Source: Octopus vulgaris (lineage: Eukaryota). From it: DNA of 64,000 nt. Of the stretch, positions 28,514 through 45,787 are shown piece by piece. The stretch lies in NCBI GenBank assembly GCA_951406725.2, contig OX597814.1, forward strand, positions 92,194,001 to 92,258,000, read 5' to 3'. The stretch's first letter is position 1, and each line of letters opens with the position of its first letter. A model generated the notes under the pieces. It saw nothing but the letters and a program-made list of their open reading frames with translations. It searched no databases and was not told the DNA's origin. The position numbers and the translations under genes were made by a program.

Positions 28514-29198
28514 CTTAGGGTAGCAAGAATATTCATCGAAAAATTCTTAGTTACCAATAGTCTAGCAAGAAAGAAAAAAATTAGTCAATAAACTATATAT
28601 TATTCAAAGAAGAATACAGTGTACGTTCAAACACAAAAGAGATACCCGAAGAATAGGATATCTGACAAGCCAGAAAGATCAGTTAAAACTCCAAGCCACC
28701 AATTGTTGTAATTCTGAAAGTGATTAAAAAATAAAAAAACTTTTACCTTAATCCTAGACCCTGCAAGGTTTCTGCGGACTTAAATACAGACTGAAATAAA
28801 ATAATCTCAGCCTATATCTGGCGCTGCTTCTTCAGTAGGTTGCCAGAACTAACACATAGGCACGGGGCGATATATAACCCGTCACGTGTCTATAGGTTCT
28901 AATTTTTCGAATCTACCACGCAGAAGCAGAACTGAACCAGCACTAATAAAATATATTGCCGAGTTTCTTCCAGAATTACCCAAAAAGCATTTTATCATTA
29001 ATTAAAATCTTAGGGTAGCAAGAATATTCATCGAAAAATTCTTAGTTACCAGTGGTCTAGCGAGAAAGAAAAAATTAGTCAATAGACTATATATTATTCA
29101 AAGAAGAATACAGTGTACGTTCAAACACAAAAGATATACCCGAAGAATAGGATATCTGACACGCCAGAAAGAGCAGTTAAAACTCCAAGCCACCAATT
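28511..29198 (-). mobile_element. Non-coding 495-bp unit present as a 1.4-mer (direct repeats 28511-28704 / 29006-29198) carrying a hammerhead; retrozyme or solo PLE pseudo-LTR
   Basis: Two ~194-bp direct repeats with about 8 differences, period 495; left end abuts (TA)n; HHR between them; no internal ORF in the track. Confidence 0.75.
28753..28839 (-). ncRNA. Type I hammerhead ribozyme with extended stem II
   Basis: Minus strand: ccta CTGAAGA a gc...[agatataggctgagat-tatttt-atttcagtctgtattt]...gc a GAAA ccttgcagg GTC tagg. All core nucleotides are present, with a GUC triplet and a 16-bp hairpin containing 4 G-U pairs. Confidence 0.8.
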
Positions 29199-29580
29199 TT
29201 TTTGATGATAAGGGTAAATGTTTTTATTTTCCTTTGGTTTCTGAATTACTACTATTTAGCGGTTTGAGTTTAGCTGATCTTTATAGTGGGTCCTTAATAT
29301 TGTTGAACATATATATATATATATATATATATACACATGCACAATTTATAAGAGCAATGACCAGCGTTTTTGCTGAGATTTTTCTTGAGAGCACACCCTT
29401 CGAGGCATGGTGATTTGACGTCTATCTTTGCATATTAGCAATCTACATTAGTGGTCATTCGTCTTATTAATTGTAATATAATTTTTAAATCACTTGATTT
29501 TTTAAAAATATGCATCAATTTCTACACTCATTATTTGATATATATATATATGTACATACATATATATATATAGATATAGA

Positions 29581-31380
<1,800 letters not shown>

Positions 31381-31636
31381 AAAATACCGTTTTGTTGATG
31401 TTGAAATTCCAATGAAGAAGCCTTGGATCTAGGTTAGAAACCAGCTCTTTCTCTATTGGCAAGAAAACTTGAAATAAAACTGAACAATGACATACATACA
31501 TACATACATACATACATACACACATACATACATACATATATACATACATACATACATACATACATACATACATACATACATACATACATTCATACATACA
31601 TACATACATACATACATACATACATACATACATACA

Positions 31637-31667
<31 letters not shown>

Positions 31668-31945
31668 TTGTGCTTTACGAAGCGAAGGAAAGAAGTAGGA
31701 ACGAAAGACTGAACTGCATTCAGAAATTAAATCTTGAATTACAAATCATCTATTTTATTTTTCCCAGTATGATGGATAGAATAAACTGTATAGTTCGAAA
31801 AACTTTCCCTAACATATACACTTTATACATATCTACACGTATACACACGTTTATATATGTAAATAGGCTCGCACCTATGTGCATGTGTGTGTGGTTTTTC
31901 ATGAAAAGTGCATGAGGGAAATCGATTGGCAATGGCATAAGAGTA

Positions 31946-32045
31946 TCGAAAATCATTTGTAATTGTCGGTTACTTTGCATTTAATGAATATTTTATTCGG
32001 TCACTAAATTTATTGCAGTCTTTCATGCATGATCTGTTTCTTCAT
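31946..32045 (+). repeat. 100-bp segment duplicated at 34212-34311
   Basis: tcgaaaatcatttgtaattgtcggttactttgcatt...gatctgtttcttcat recurs with about 6 substitutions. Confidence 0.93.
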
Positions 32046-32322
32046 TTCCCTCATTTACTTAAAAGTGCATTTTCAATAACATATGCATACATAGAAACTC
32101 GTACATACATACGTGTACCCAGATACATGTCTGCATGTACAAACATACCCCACCACACGACCACACATACATACACATACATACATACATACATACATAC
32201 ATGCATACATACATACATATATACATACATACATCCATACATGCATACATACATACATACATACATACATACATACATACATACATACATACAGACAGAC
32301 AGACAGACATACATAGATAGAT

Positions 32323-32823
32323 ATGTTTCTTTATTAGCCACACAGGGCTGCACACAGACAGAACAAATTACAAGGTAGAGCTTTTCTTTTGGGGGTAAAA
32401 AAGGAGGTTGGTTTTCGATCAAAAGGGATCGTAAAAGGAAAGAAAGAGGACAAAAAAAGGGGAGGATCTTTTTTAAAAAAGTGGGAGAGAGGGAAAAAAG
32501 TTGATCAATAGGGATCGTAATCACAGAAATGTCAATATGAAGTGTAAAGGGGAGGACAGGTGAGGTTTACCCGTGGAAGGAAAAGCCTACGGAAAAGACC
32601 ACGGTAACCTCGGTCAATGAAGTCACATGTTATATTTCTTTTTTTTTTTTTTTTTGCAAATAAGCAACTCTCTGTATTAATTTTTACGGTTCATAGAATC
32701 ATAGTCAAGGTGGCTTCGTCATTCATATGTGCCATCCTTGCTACATTCACCCATCTTTTTTTAAAACATTCACTAGACAAAACTTGCCTCTCTACTCTCA
32801 CTTTCCTCTTCAAGTGATACTTG

Positions 32824-32826
<3 letters not shown>
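32323..32826 (-). mobile_element. Tx1-clade LINE, copy 2 (3' end, more diverged)
   Basis: Homologous to 23763-24295; GATA-type repeats at both junctions. Confidence 0.92.
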
Positions 32827-32919
<93 letters not shown>

Positions 32920-32929
32920 AAGATAGATA

Positions 32930-34132
32930 CAGGTGCAAAATAATGGAAACATCTAACATCATTGCATCATAATATTGAAATATCTATAAAACCGTCAAAA
33001 GCTTGTTTCTTTTATGTTTTTTATTTATTAGTGTTACTTAATATGTTTTGCTAAAATTGCTGTTTCTTTTCAGATATCAACAGAAAAAGGTAATTAAAAT
33101 TCATTAAAATGACAGATCTATCGGACTTTCAAAGAGGTTCAATTGTTGCTGCTCGTTTGGCAGGCGCTAGCGTAACGAAAACAGCCGAAATATTTGGTGT
33201 ATCATGAAATACTCTCTCGAAAGTAATGACAGCAGTTGAGAAAGAGAGAAAAACCTCCTCGTCAAAACAAAATTCTGGAAGCAAACCAAAACTTTCAGAT
33301 AGGGACCGTCGGACTCTTACGTGAATTGTTGGAAAGGTTCACAAAAGCACGGGTCTCAAAATTACTGCAGAGCTTAATGACCACCTCGAGGACCCAGTTT
33401 CCACAAAAATTGTTCGGATTTCACGGGAGAATGCAACCAGAAAACCACTATTTTCAAAAACAAACGTTGCAAAGCGTTTGGAGTGGAGTACATTCCTACA
33501 GAATTGGCCCCTAGAGTAGTAGAAGCATGTTATTTTCTCGAACGAGTCATCCTTTACCTTACTTCCAACCATCGGTCGAGTATATATGTGGAAACAGCCA
33601 AAAGAAGCATTTAAGCGAGACTGCCTTCTTCCAACTGTTAAATATGGAGGAAGATCTGTGATGATCTGTTGGGGGCTATATCTTGGAAATCCGCTGGCCC
33701 AATGGCCTTCCCTTCATAGCAGAATTAATAGTCAAGTCTATTTAAACATTTTATCTGATCAAATTCATCCTATTGTTTCAGAACTGTTTCCGGAGGGAAA
33801 TGCAATCTTTCACACAGCTAAAGTTGTGACTGAATGGCCACCACAGTCTTATCTGGCCACCACAGTCTCCAGATCTCAATATTATTTAACAATTATGGTA
33901 CATTTTAGAGAAACAAGTAAGGAATCGATAATCTTCACCATCATCACTACAAGAACTGGAGACTGTTTTAGCTGAAGAATGGACGAAAATTCCTTTGGAA
34001 ACAATTCAATCTTTGTACGAGTCCATACGTCATATAATTCAAGATGTACTTACCGCCAAAGGCCGTCCTGCCCCATATTAAAATGAATTTGTTTGAAATT
34101 TTAATGCGTTCCATTATTCTGTCCAACCCCAG
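32930..34132 (+). mobile_element. Tc1 transposon (short TIRs) with pseudogenised transposase 33109-34081, inserted at a TA inside (GATA)n
   Basis: MTDLSDFQRGSIVAARLAGASVTKTAEIFGVS*...FSNESSF...PTVKYGGRSVM...WPPQSPDLNII...GRPAPY*; ends cagg..caaaataatggaa / ttccattattctgtccaaccccag. Confidence 0.9.
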
Positions 34133-34309
34133 TAGATAGATAGACAGACAGACATGCAGACAGACAAACAGACAGTAGAGATAGATATACTGTTAATAAA
34201 CTAGATAGATTTCGAGAATTATTTCTAATTGTCGGTTACTTTGCATTTAATGAATATTTTATTCGACCACTAAATTTATTGCAGCCTTTCATGCATGATC
34301 TGTTTCTTC

Positions 34310-34350
<41 letters not shown>

Positions 34351-35449
34351 CAGAGAAAAATGTGCGCGCATGTTTATGTATTACTATTTATAAGCATATT
34401 ACAGTTTATATCTGTATACATATATACACACATGCAAACACGCATACTCTTATATTCCTTGGTCTTAAGATTACAACTGAGACCAAGCCTTCCATAGTTA
34501 ACTCTTTACATATCATGCTCTATTTTGGCATTTGCTCATACATGTCCCATCGCAAACCAGATCAAAGGCTGTCGTACATTAATGCAATACAATAATTAAT
34601 ACAATAGTTCTTGTATTTTATTCTTCTAACAGGCCGCCAGCATTTTCTTTATTAAATTTTAGAGTTGGGGTTCAAAATGTTACTGAATTTAATAAGGAAA
34701 CGATATAACATAAAAGCATTCGACTTGTAGAATGATCTTGAATATCAACTTCTAATTTTTCATTCAAAAATCATGCATAAATTTAATGAAATACTTACTG
34801 AAGTAACATCTTTTCATCAAGGCATATAACATGCTATTCCGTTTTATTGAATAATTTAAAAGTATATTTGAAATTTAAAAAGAAAATTGAAACGTATGTC
34901 AGTCAGTAATATACATATCATTCACAAACTAGAATTGATTTAACAAACATTTTAAGAATTGAACTCATTTTCGTAGAATGCTTCTACTATTTATGTTTTA
35001 TTTATTAATAATTCCAGGGAATTATGATATTGTCATAATAGTTTGCAGAGCAATTGGCATTCAAGTTTAGAGATGATTTGGTGTTATTACAGTAGTCCTG
35101 TTATGTTTGGAAGTTTTTAAATTGCGTTTATAAGGGAAAATATAATTCTAAAATGATGTAGTGCAGTGAAGGAGATATTAGAAGTGTTAGTACAAAATAT
35201 ACGAGACAGCATCGGTGAAAGTGGAGTTGCGGGTATAGTAAGCTGCGATGTTTAAGAGAGCAAAGCGTCATTGTATTCAGTTCAAACGATATGCTACCTG
35301 AGCCCATCGTCTTACATCAACACAACCAGCTTGAGCCTTTACAAAACCTTGCACAATTTCATACGCAGGTACCTTCATAGTCAGGTCAGTACGCCATTCT
35401 TCGTAAAAATAAAAGATATCAATTAGTTCCACTAAAATATCAATCACTT

Positions 35450-36250
35450 GTAAATTTGGTTAACACTATTAGCTGTGAAATCCAACGCTTCTAACGATCT
35501 TACCAACGCTTTCTTACGATCAACATCAAAGAACGGATATGACGGAACACTATTCTCAACAATATAAACATACAAGAACAGATGACTAAAATAAAGGGAA
35601 TTACCTATAATATCATTGCAGCATTTACAACACTCTTAGAACACATAGTAAAGAAAAGTAAGTCGCATACCGACATACTTAGGGCAAATGCAGCACAATT
35701 AGTCAACACAAAGAAATCACAAAACTAGTTTATTAACAATGTATTAATTAACTCCATCATTGATTATGCCCATTCTTCATGACTTCCAATCTTTCGTCAG
35801 CAAACTACAAAAACCGAAAACCGTGTAATTAACCATCATGGATCACACAAAGATCATGCCTACACACAAGCCACGTTATAATACGGAAATTAGCGAACAA
35901 GCATGGAATAGAGTTTGCTGCCGCTGGAAGCAGTAATCTTCACCATCCGAGTTATTATATGTTCAGTTATTTCGAAATACCATGAGACATAAAATATCGC
36001 ACCAAAGCAACTTCTTAAACCACTAGTTCCAGGTTACTCAGTTCGAACATTCACATAAAAACAGCACAGCCCGAAACACTGTGATCGAATGTGGAACCAA
36101 AGCAGTGCACTCGCATAGAATAAAGCAATGCATGATGAGAGCTCAGAATTTCATTCCATTAGACGGAGGAATATCTAGAACAATAATTTTGTGTTTCAAA
36201 ATCTGGTCAAACGAACGAAAACTGAATTGGTGTATGTATACTGAATCAAG
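35450..36250 (+). mobile_element. Possible highly decayed LINE 3' region
   Basis: A/C-rich skew and a remnant CDR...HRIKQC zinc-finger-like stretch near 36080-36135; weak. Confidence 0.25.
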
Positions 36251-39200
36251 CTGAGCTAAACATCATGAACACAGCAACAAGAAATATCTTCAAAAAGGGT
36301 GTCAATTTTCCCGCTAGTATGTTTTATACGAAAAGAAAGCTAAGTTACACTGAGATTGTATTCTATAAATGGCATCTGCAAAGCTACTACCGTTGCAAGA
36401 TATGACGGAATTAAAAATCGTGTTATAAAATCTTTATTTTTATCACCATATCATCTATGGTGTTTGCATTCTTTATCTATTTATGTATGTAAGACCAAGA
36501 TTATAGGAGAAGGAGAGTTTACGCCAATCATACCTTATCCGATAGCTTTGCGGCATAGAAAAGTGATATGGTTTCAGCAGGAAATACCACTGGCACATAA
36601 GAAACCGGACATTATTTAGATAGTTCTTACGTCTATTCTATCACCATTGTCAGCGTTCGTGTCATCGGACAGTTGTGAAAAGTGTTATGGTTAAGGAAAC
36701 AAAATATCCTTAAGATTGTGTGTTAGCGCTGCCATGAAATTATATTTCTGGAAGATTGTACTAATTATAATTGGCTAAATTTTTCCTATCATTTAAAGTT
36801 TAACATTCTAACTTTTACCTTGGTGTATAATTTTCGACAGACAAGTCTGAAAACATAGTTCGGTAAGAATTGAAGTTAGTTCATTTGAGTTATATGAATA
36901 TTTTTCTCGAGAAAAGAAATGGGACACACTAGGTAGTTTCATTGCCCTTAAGATGCCATTATTGCACTCATAATGATAATAAACTGCACACGGTTATAAG
37001 TGAAATGTTCCGCAACATATTACGATTGAAATTTTCTTTTCGTTGCTTCTATCGTTGATGATTTTGGAATAGTAATATCTCTTATTGGACAAAAATTTAA
37101 ATATCAGGTTATAGAAGTATATTAAATAAGTAGTAACATCTTATTTTAGAAATTACCTTTTTGCAATACAATGTAACGTAACATTGAAATTGAGAGCAGT
37201 ATGGTAAAAGTGTAACGTAAAAGTCTATATAGTATAGAGAATATAATTTCATAGAGTATTATTATAGCGATTTGAGTGGTTCGAACATATTCTAACCTAT
37301 CTATAGTTGAAACAAAACTTACAATCTGCTTCAAGACATCCATAACCTGTCATATTTCAATATAGGAATTTTATTAACTGTGTCAGGTGTTGGATTGTGC
37401 AAGAGACATTGTTCGCTCTGCTTTGTTGCAATAGTTCCACTTAAAGCTGGAATGTAATGATTAATAATATAATGAAAATGGTGTAATACGCCTACGTCCG
37501 CATAGATGTATAGATGTACATATATATATATTTATGTGTATATCCATCCCTATATATACGTATGCATTACTTACACAGGTATATTTATTGACAGCAACGG
37601 ATTATTTTCGTGTTCTAAAATCATCACCTAACAGAATAATCGATTATATACTGCTATGATACCCGAATGAGATGCAGGATTTAAATTTTAAATATCAACG
37701 TAAATATCAAGCTAACAAGTGCTGGTGGTACCGCGAACTGTGAAATATTCTAAACGCGTCCAGCTCCTTCTCTTCGTGAAAGTAATTCACAAATTACACA
37801 AAAAAAAACAGTAATAATTAGTACTCATTGCGTATTAATATGATAACTTGCTAAAATTAATCCAAAACTGATATAAATGAAATCCATGTAAATCTCAAAA
37901 CTGATATGAAGTGATTAGGTAGCACTGAAATAAAATAAAATATAGAAATTGGTATACAACATCTACGAATCACTGCATACGCTCGTGTGAAAATAATAGA
38001 TGTGCTTATCCGGGATTACCGAGAATACTACGAAGCAAACGAGTATGCCTGGAAGAATATTTGATAAGATTTAGGCCTTTTCCGATCGAGCTATTGCTCT
38101 TTGTTTAAGCCGAATAACTGTCGAGGGCTCCTGACCTATAGCTAGGGTATTGCACTCATGATCGCGAGATCCTGGTTCCAGTTCCAGGAGAGTCGTTGCG
38201 TTTTGTTGTTAAGCAAACATTTCGTCTTGCGTTGCTCTGCGATTACTCCGACATCTTACATGTTGTACACCGTGCACCTGTTCAGGTAATGTAGAGAACG
38301 AGATAATGTACACCACAAACATTTCAACACTATAAACAAATAGTTTGTGCCGGTTGTTCAACAAGAAATTGCAGAACTGTCTTTCTCGGACTACGAGAGA
38401 CTAACAATTTTCCGAATAATTTATCTAATAATTTGTAGCGGATCATGAAAAAGAAATTCTGAAATTTCCTGTCATTATGTAGAAAGTATAGGATGCTTTA
38501 TAACTTATTTATAACCAGTAAAAGGAAAATTTAAACGAAATAAATAGCATAGATACTAAAAAAGAACGATGCCCCGATATGACTTTCTAGGTAATAGATA
38601 AAACAACATAAATTGTTTGTGTACTAACATTGTTTATTTCGACACATTTGAGTATAGCTATACATTTTAGCCAACACTATATGGAACTAAATTTTAGCCA
38701 ACATATTGCAGTTGGGTTTTAGTTAACTCAATGTAAGAGACAATAACTCAAAATTGTATATATTTCATTTACTTCAGACCATGATGATATTTCCTTTCTA
38801 TTCAGTATCTCTGTATTTCAACAGGATGCTCTTCCACTGATGAAATGCCAACACAGAATTAAAGATATACTACTTGATTCCTCTTTTGCTCTTTAGTCAA
38901 GATATTGCATATACAGGAAAGGTGTTTATATTTTTAATAATATATAGTGTTGGCGAAAATTTATGCATATACTCTGGAGTATGAAATAACATTAAAACAA
39001 TCTAAAGATAAAGCACTGAAAAAATCAGAAATAAAACCAACAGATGAGTTTGCAATTCATGCTTTCAAAGCACTGCACGAATATCTATGCATGTCTAATC
39101 CCTCATTCACCGACTTCTCTTTTTCTTTCTGTAATAGTAATTTATATCTTTATGCATTAATTCTATATGTAATCGGACATAAACTTTTTTGTGTATGGCT

Positions 39201-39719
39201 AATTGAATTACTCTTCCAATTAGATAAGTTTCGAGTTGTTACTCACCAAACAGGAAACTCATGAAATTATGAGCTAATAAACAAGCACCCAAATGCACCT
39301 ACTACACCTATTAATGTACCTGTTAGTTTACCCAAACCCCTATCGCACGTTTTCGTGTTTTGAATGTTATAGCAAGAACAGTTGTAAATTAATGAAATTC
39401 TTTATATAATTTCTTGCTCCCTTATTTATTTCATTTTTTATTGTTATGTCGCACGTTCTGATGCCTTCTACTCAACTCTACTCTGCTCTCCTTACCGCTA
39501 CTCTACCCTGACGTCTAGACTTCTCCCTCTATAGATCTACGTATTGGTCTAGTCTACTTCATTTCTGGGAGCGTCCACACAACACTTATTACTCGCTGTA
39601 CTTGACTAACGCTTTATTCCAGAGTATTACTATTGCTATGTTAAAGCGAAATATTAATACACACACATACATATTTATATCGGTTAGCTGTTCATTAGTC
39701 CGAAAAAGCAAAATTCTAA

Positions 39720-40290
39720 AGAATCGTTTTGAGCAGTAATATTTACTGTTGTTTTAGGTTATAGCCGGTCAGAAACTCACCATCGGTTTCGTGTCTTTTA
39801 CGCTCTTAATCATACAGGCCTGCTAATCGGAAGGGCATGACTTCTTCACTAATAGCCTGGGTTGTGAGAATCTTCGAAGCGGGTTTAGGGACGTTCATTA
39901 AAATATTTCTAAACTCGGTGCACAGCTAAATGAAAGCCTTAAGTTGCGTCTATTAAATAATCGTCTGTAGTTATGGGATTGCATGAAATGTTTGTACCCT
40001 AATGGAAGGAAAATGCTTTCCACGCAGGTCTTGGCATCGAATGAGAACAGTGGGGAAAATCAAGTGACCTTACCGTGGCACTTTCTTATGAGGGTGTTCG
40101 GTCCCAGCATAAAGAAGATGCAATTCTGCAACTCGCTGGCTGCCAAAGCCACGTTGTTAAAGGGGGTTTCAGTGTCAAAAATATATTTATTCGACGACAG
40201 ATTGAATGCCTTCTTACTGATAGCCTTCACCAGGTTGTTCCGCACAATATGTCGGTGAAGATTAAAATACATGAACTATTGTATTGTATT
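39720..40290 (-). mobile_element. Possible Crypton (tyrosine recombinase) remnant
   Basis: KAIS.....FDTETP...LQNCIFFMLG...RK and KILTTQAI...RLAG...LTG resemble Crypton/DUF3504 motifs; homologous to 15340-15520. Confidence 0.4.
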
Positions 40291-40314
40291 AGAAGAATAA
40301 AATACAAGAACTAC

Positions 40315-40354
<40 letters not shown>

Positions 40355-40385
40355 GTATGCATGTATATATAATGTATATATATAA

Positions 40386-40416
<31 letters not shown>

Positions 40417-40627
40417 GCATATATATATGCATATATATATATATATATATGCATACATATATATATATATAGGATATTGGAATATTGCATATATACCATT
40501 ATGCCTATAAAACGGATTTACAAATTCAATACCCATACATATCTTACATCTATTTTCTTCCCTCCACCTCACTCTTTATTTTGTATCACATAGAAACTAA
40601 CTATGACTTAATTTTTCCTCTTACACC

Positions 40628-40679
40628 GTCTCCGATGAAGGGATATAATTACTTAAAATCCTAGAAACAGCTGTAAGAC
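40628..40679 (+). ncRNA. Type I hammerhead motif with U4C change
   Basis: gtct CCGATGA a gggat-(13 nt)-atcct a GAAA cagctg TA agac: stem I gtct/agac, palindromic stem III, GUA triplet. Confidence 0.65.
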
Positions 40680-40916
40680 TTTCTATCTATAAATGCTCTA
40701 ATATCTATACAACTTTGGTTTTTTATCTTATTACGCAAATAATTCTTATATACACAAGCTGACATAGAACCAGCGTTGAACCCTTTATTCGCAATATTAC
40801 CGAATCTGGAACTTAACTATGGTCTTTCTATACCACTTATTCAGCATTACCTGACACCTTTGGGTCTCAATGACACCATTAGCTCTTATAACCTCAACTT
40901 CTCGTATATATATATA

Positions 40917-42657
<1,741 letters not shown>

Positions 42658-43559
42658 GATGTACATATATAGAGGGCGACAGATACATACTTATTGATGA
42701 ATTTATAATGTCTGAAAATATGTACATGTAGATGTGTGAATGTGTAAATGTGTGTGTGAAAGAGATAGAGAGAGAGAGAGAGAGAAAGAAAGAGAGAAAG
42801 TGAAAGACAGAGAGAGAATAACATACAAATGATTACAATAAAATGTAGAATTCAATAATATTTTGTATTCTTCATTTATTGGTATGTTCTTTTTGAAAGA
42901 TTTAATAAGAACACAAATGTTTCCTGAATTCAGTTTACAATTCACCAGTAACCCCTTTGACTAACACTATGTTGCTAATATTGCTGATGTTATCGTGTCG
43001 TTTAGCTAAGATATAATCGATTCAGCTATAAGAAATGAATGTTTTTGTATCCAAATTACCACGTTAAATTGTTATATCCAAACCGAGCTTTGAGAAGTAT
43101 TATAGTTTTGTACTTTAAATGTTCAATTCAATAATTTTTGGCGTATAAACTTTTCAAAAAAATATTATAGATAGTTTCTTGATTTTCAAAAAACAGCTGC
43201 TATATCTACCTTTAACACGCCGTATTACCATCGCGTTCAGAGCGACGGAAATAATACGACGTCGTATTTGTTCTGATTTACTGTTTTCTGAGTGCAGAAA
43301 TTTTATCAATGTTACCTAGACATTTTACTTAACAAATTTAAGTAAACTAATCATACATTGTCTTATCTTCGGATAATCATGATTTCATTCTAATATTGAA
43401 ATATTTTCTCTGGACATTCTTTTCTTCACCCAGCCATCTTTTTTGTCTCTTAAATACCAATACAAAACATTTATCATAATCGCTTTGTTGAACAAATAAT
43501 ATGCAAATTGCTTTTGAATTTTCACATAGAATCAAGAACCGATTACTTTCTTGCTTCAG

Positions 43560-44720
43560 AACAATTCAATCCATTTTATCAATTAGTTTAACTCTATCAA
43601 CTACAAACTCGAGCATCTTTTCTCCAATTTGATTCTAAATGATGTCTTTACTTTTGCATATACCAGCATTACAATATAGTCAACAGATATGGAATCATCT
43701 GGGCAAGTATATAGATTGTCTACTTCAAGAAACTTTGGATTAAAAAATAGAAATAAATCGAAAATTTACACGTCACAATTGGATCAAAAGGTGTGACCGA
43801 AATTAGCAAAGAGATTGAACTATATATATTATAGTTGTATCAGTCGGCGTATATAGAGATGATGGCCATATTATTTTTCCTTACTTCAAGTGAAAAAAAA
43901 ATAGGATAAATTTATGAAGGATTGCACATATCTTGTAAAATATGTTTAAAACTCAATGTGTACACACTGACAAATAATCAGTTTCTTCGATATTGCCATA
44001 AAGTTAATGACTTGATCAACTGCACATACAAGACAGTTACTGATCAAAAGTTATCAACGTAATCAGACAACTTGAAAACTTCTATCACTGTAACGAGGCA
44101 TTAAATAGGCGGTTTCACAACAGAGATTAGTATTTCAATAAATTCATCACACAAGCTAAGTGAAAAACATAAATTTAAACTGAATGGTATAATTCACCAA
44201 TAGATCTAGAATCTGAAAACTTATCGCAAACCTATCATAACACACGTAAGTTCACTCGGTTTCAGTTACCCTAGCAAAAACATATTCTCTGTAGTAGGAA
44301 AATATTTAACAAATGCTATAGTGTATAATGCAACATTTAAACCTAAGCCTTTATTCTCCTGTAAAAGCACTCTTTCTCATACTCTTCACATATATGGCTG
44401 ATGGCAAACAAATAAATCGCTCCACTCGCTACAACCAATCATTGAATATCGTATATGAAGCGAGTGTAACATAACTATCTGAATAAATATGTCGTCTAAA
44501 CTTCTACAACATAGACAACATTACTCGGAATATCCTTTCAAAAGACAAACCTTATTAAGTCATGAAATTTACATGGCAATGCTTCTCTTACGAAACACTA
44601 TTCTCTAAATTCAAACAATTAAATCTATGAATATTCTGAATGAATACCTTCCTATAAAGTTTGAGCATACAAAACCCTGCTGCGTTATACGCAATTAAAT
44701 TTAGTAACATGATAATTTCC
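43560..44720 (+). mobile_element. Old, highly degenerate PLE (RT core to endonuclease)
   Basis: HVTIGSKGVTEISKEIELYIL (cf. [22 protein letters not shown]), GVYRDDG at ~43846-43866, KTYRKP at ~44216. Confidence 0.6.
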
Positions 44721-44935
44721 CTTAAACTTAAATCTCATTTAATATGTATATATGCCTAAATGGGTTGACGCATAGTTATACAGATATACATATTTACACT
44801 AAGATATATCTGATTTCATGGTACGTATATTTCTGCGATCAGGTAAATGATTTTCGTTTGAATACACATGCACAAGTATTCCGTACACCTCATACAGTAT
44901 ATTCACGTGTACATGCGTATATGTATGTATGCATG

Positions 44936-45014
<79 letters not shown>

Positions 45015-45432
45015 TTTTTTTTTAAATATATATATATATACATATAGTGCATGCGTGTGTGAGTATATAACGTTGTGTTTGTGTATGTGTGCGTATGTGT
45101 GTGTGTGTGTAAACCTAAACTACAAGTAAAATAAAAGCATCGAATGTCAAGAGGTCGTATACAGTGATTGTATTAACTTGACGATTTTAAACAATAAACG
45201 TTTCATCTACAACAGAAAATTATACCAAAATACAGACTATCATACTCAAACGATGTCTTAGCACGCGAAGTCATGTCAATATGATTCAAGTTAAAGTATA
45301 GTATCTACTAAGTTAAAGTGTAGTATCTACAAAAAGTACTAAGTAAAAGTAAACGTTTAATTTAATGGGAAAATGTTTATCATAAATTAACATAACAACA
45401 AACATTATTATATATATATATATACACACACA

Positions 45433-45507
<75 letters not shown>

Positions 45508-45640
45508 AATGAAACATAGGCGTAAAGCAGTGTTTAGGCATGAGCAGAATTTAGGTTAGTTAAAATGTTTTGACACTGAAGTATGACAAACATATTTCAG
45601 CTAACCTATATGTGTGTGTTCGTGTGTGTGTGTGTGAGTA

Positions 45641-45683
<43 letters not shown>

Positions 45684-45756
45684 TATAATTGTATGTTACA
45701 TGGTGTATACATGTATATGCGTGTTTTACATAGATTCACGTGAATATTTATATAAA

Positions 45757-45787
<31 letters not shown>

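Noticed and set aside
33968-34000. CTGAAGA...GAAA hammerhead-like string
   Set aside because: It lies in Tc1 transposase coding sequence (LAEEWTKIP) and has no stem II or stem I pairing.
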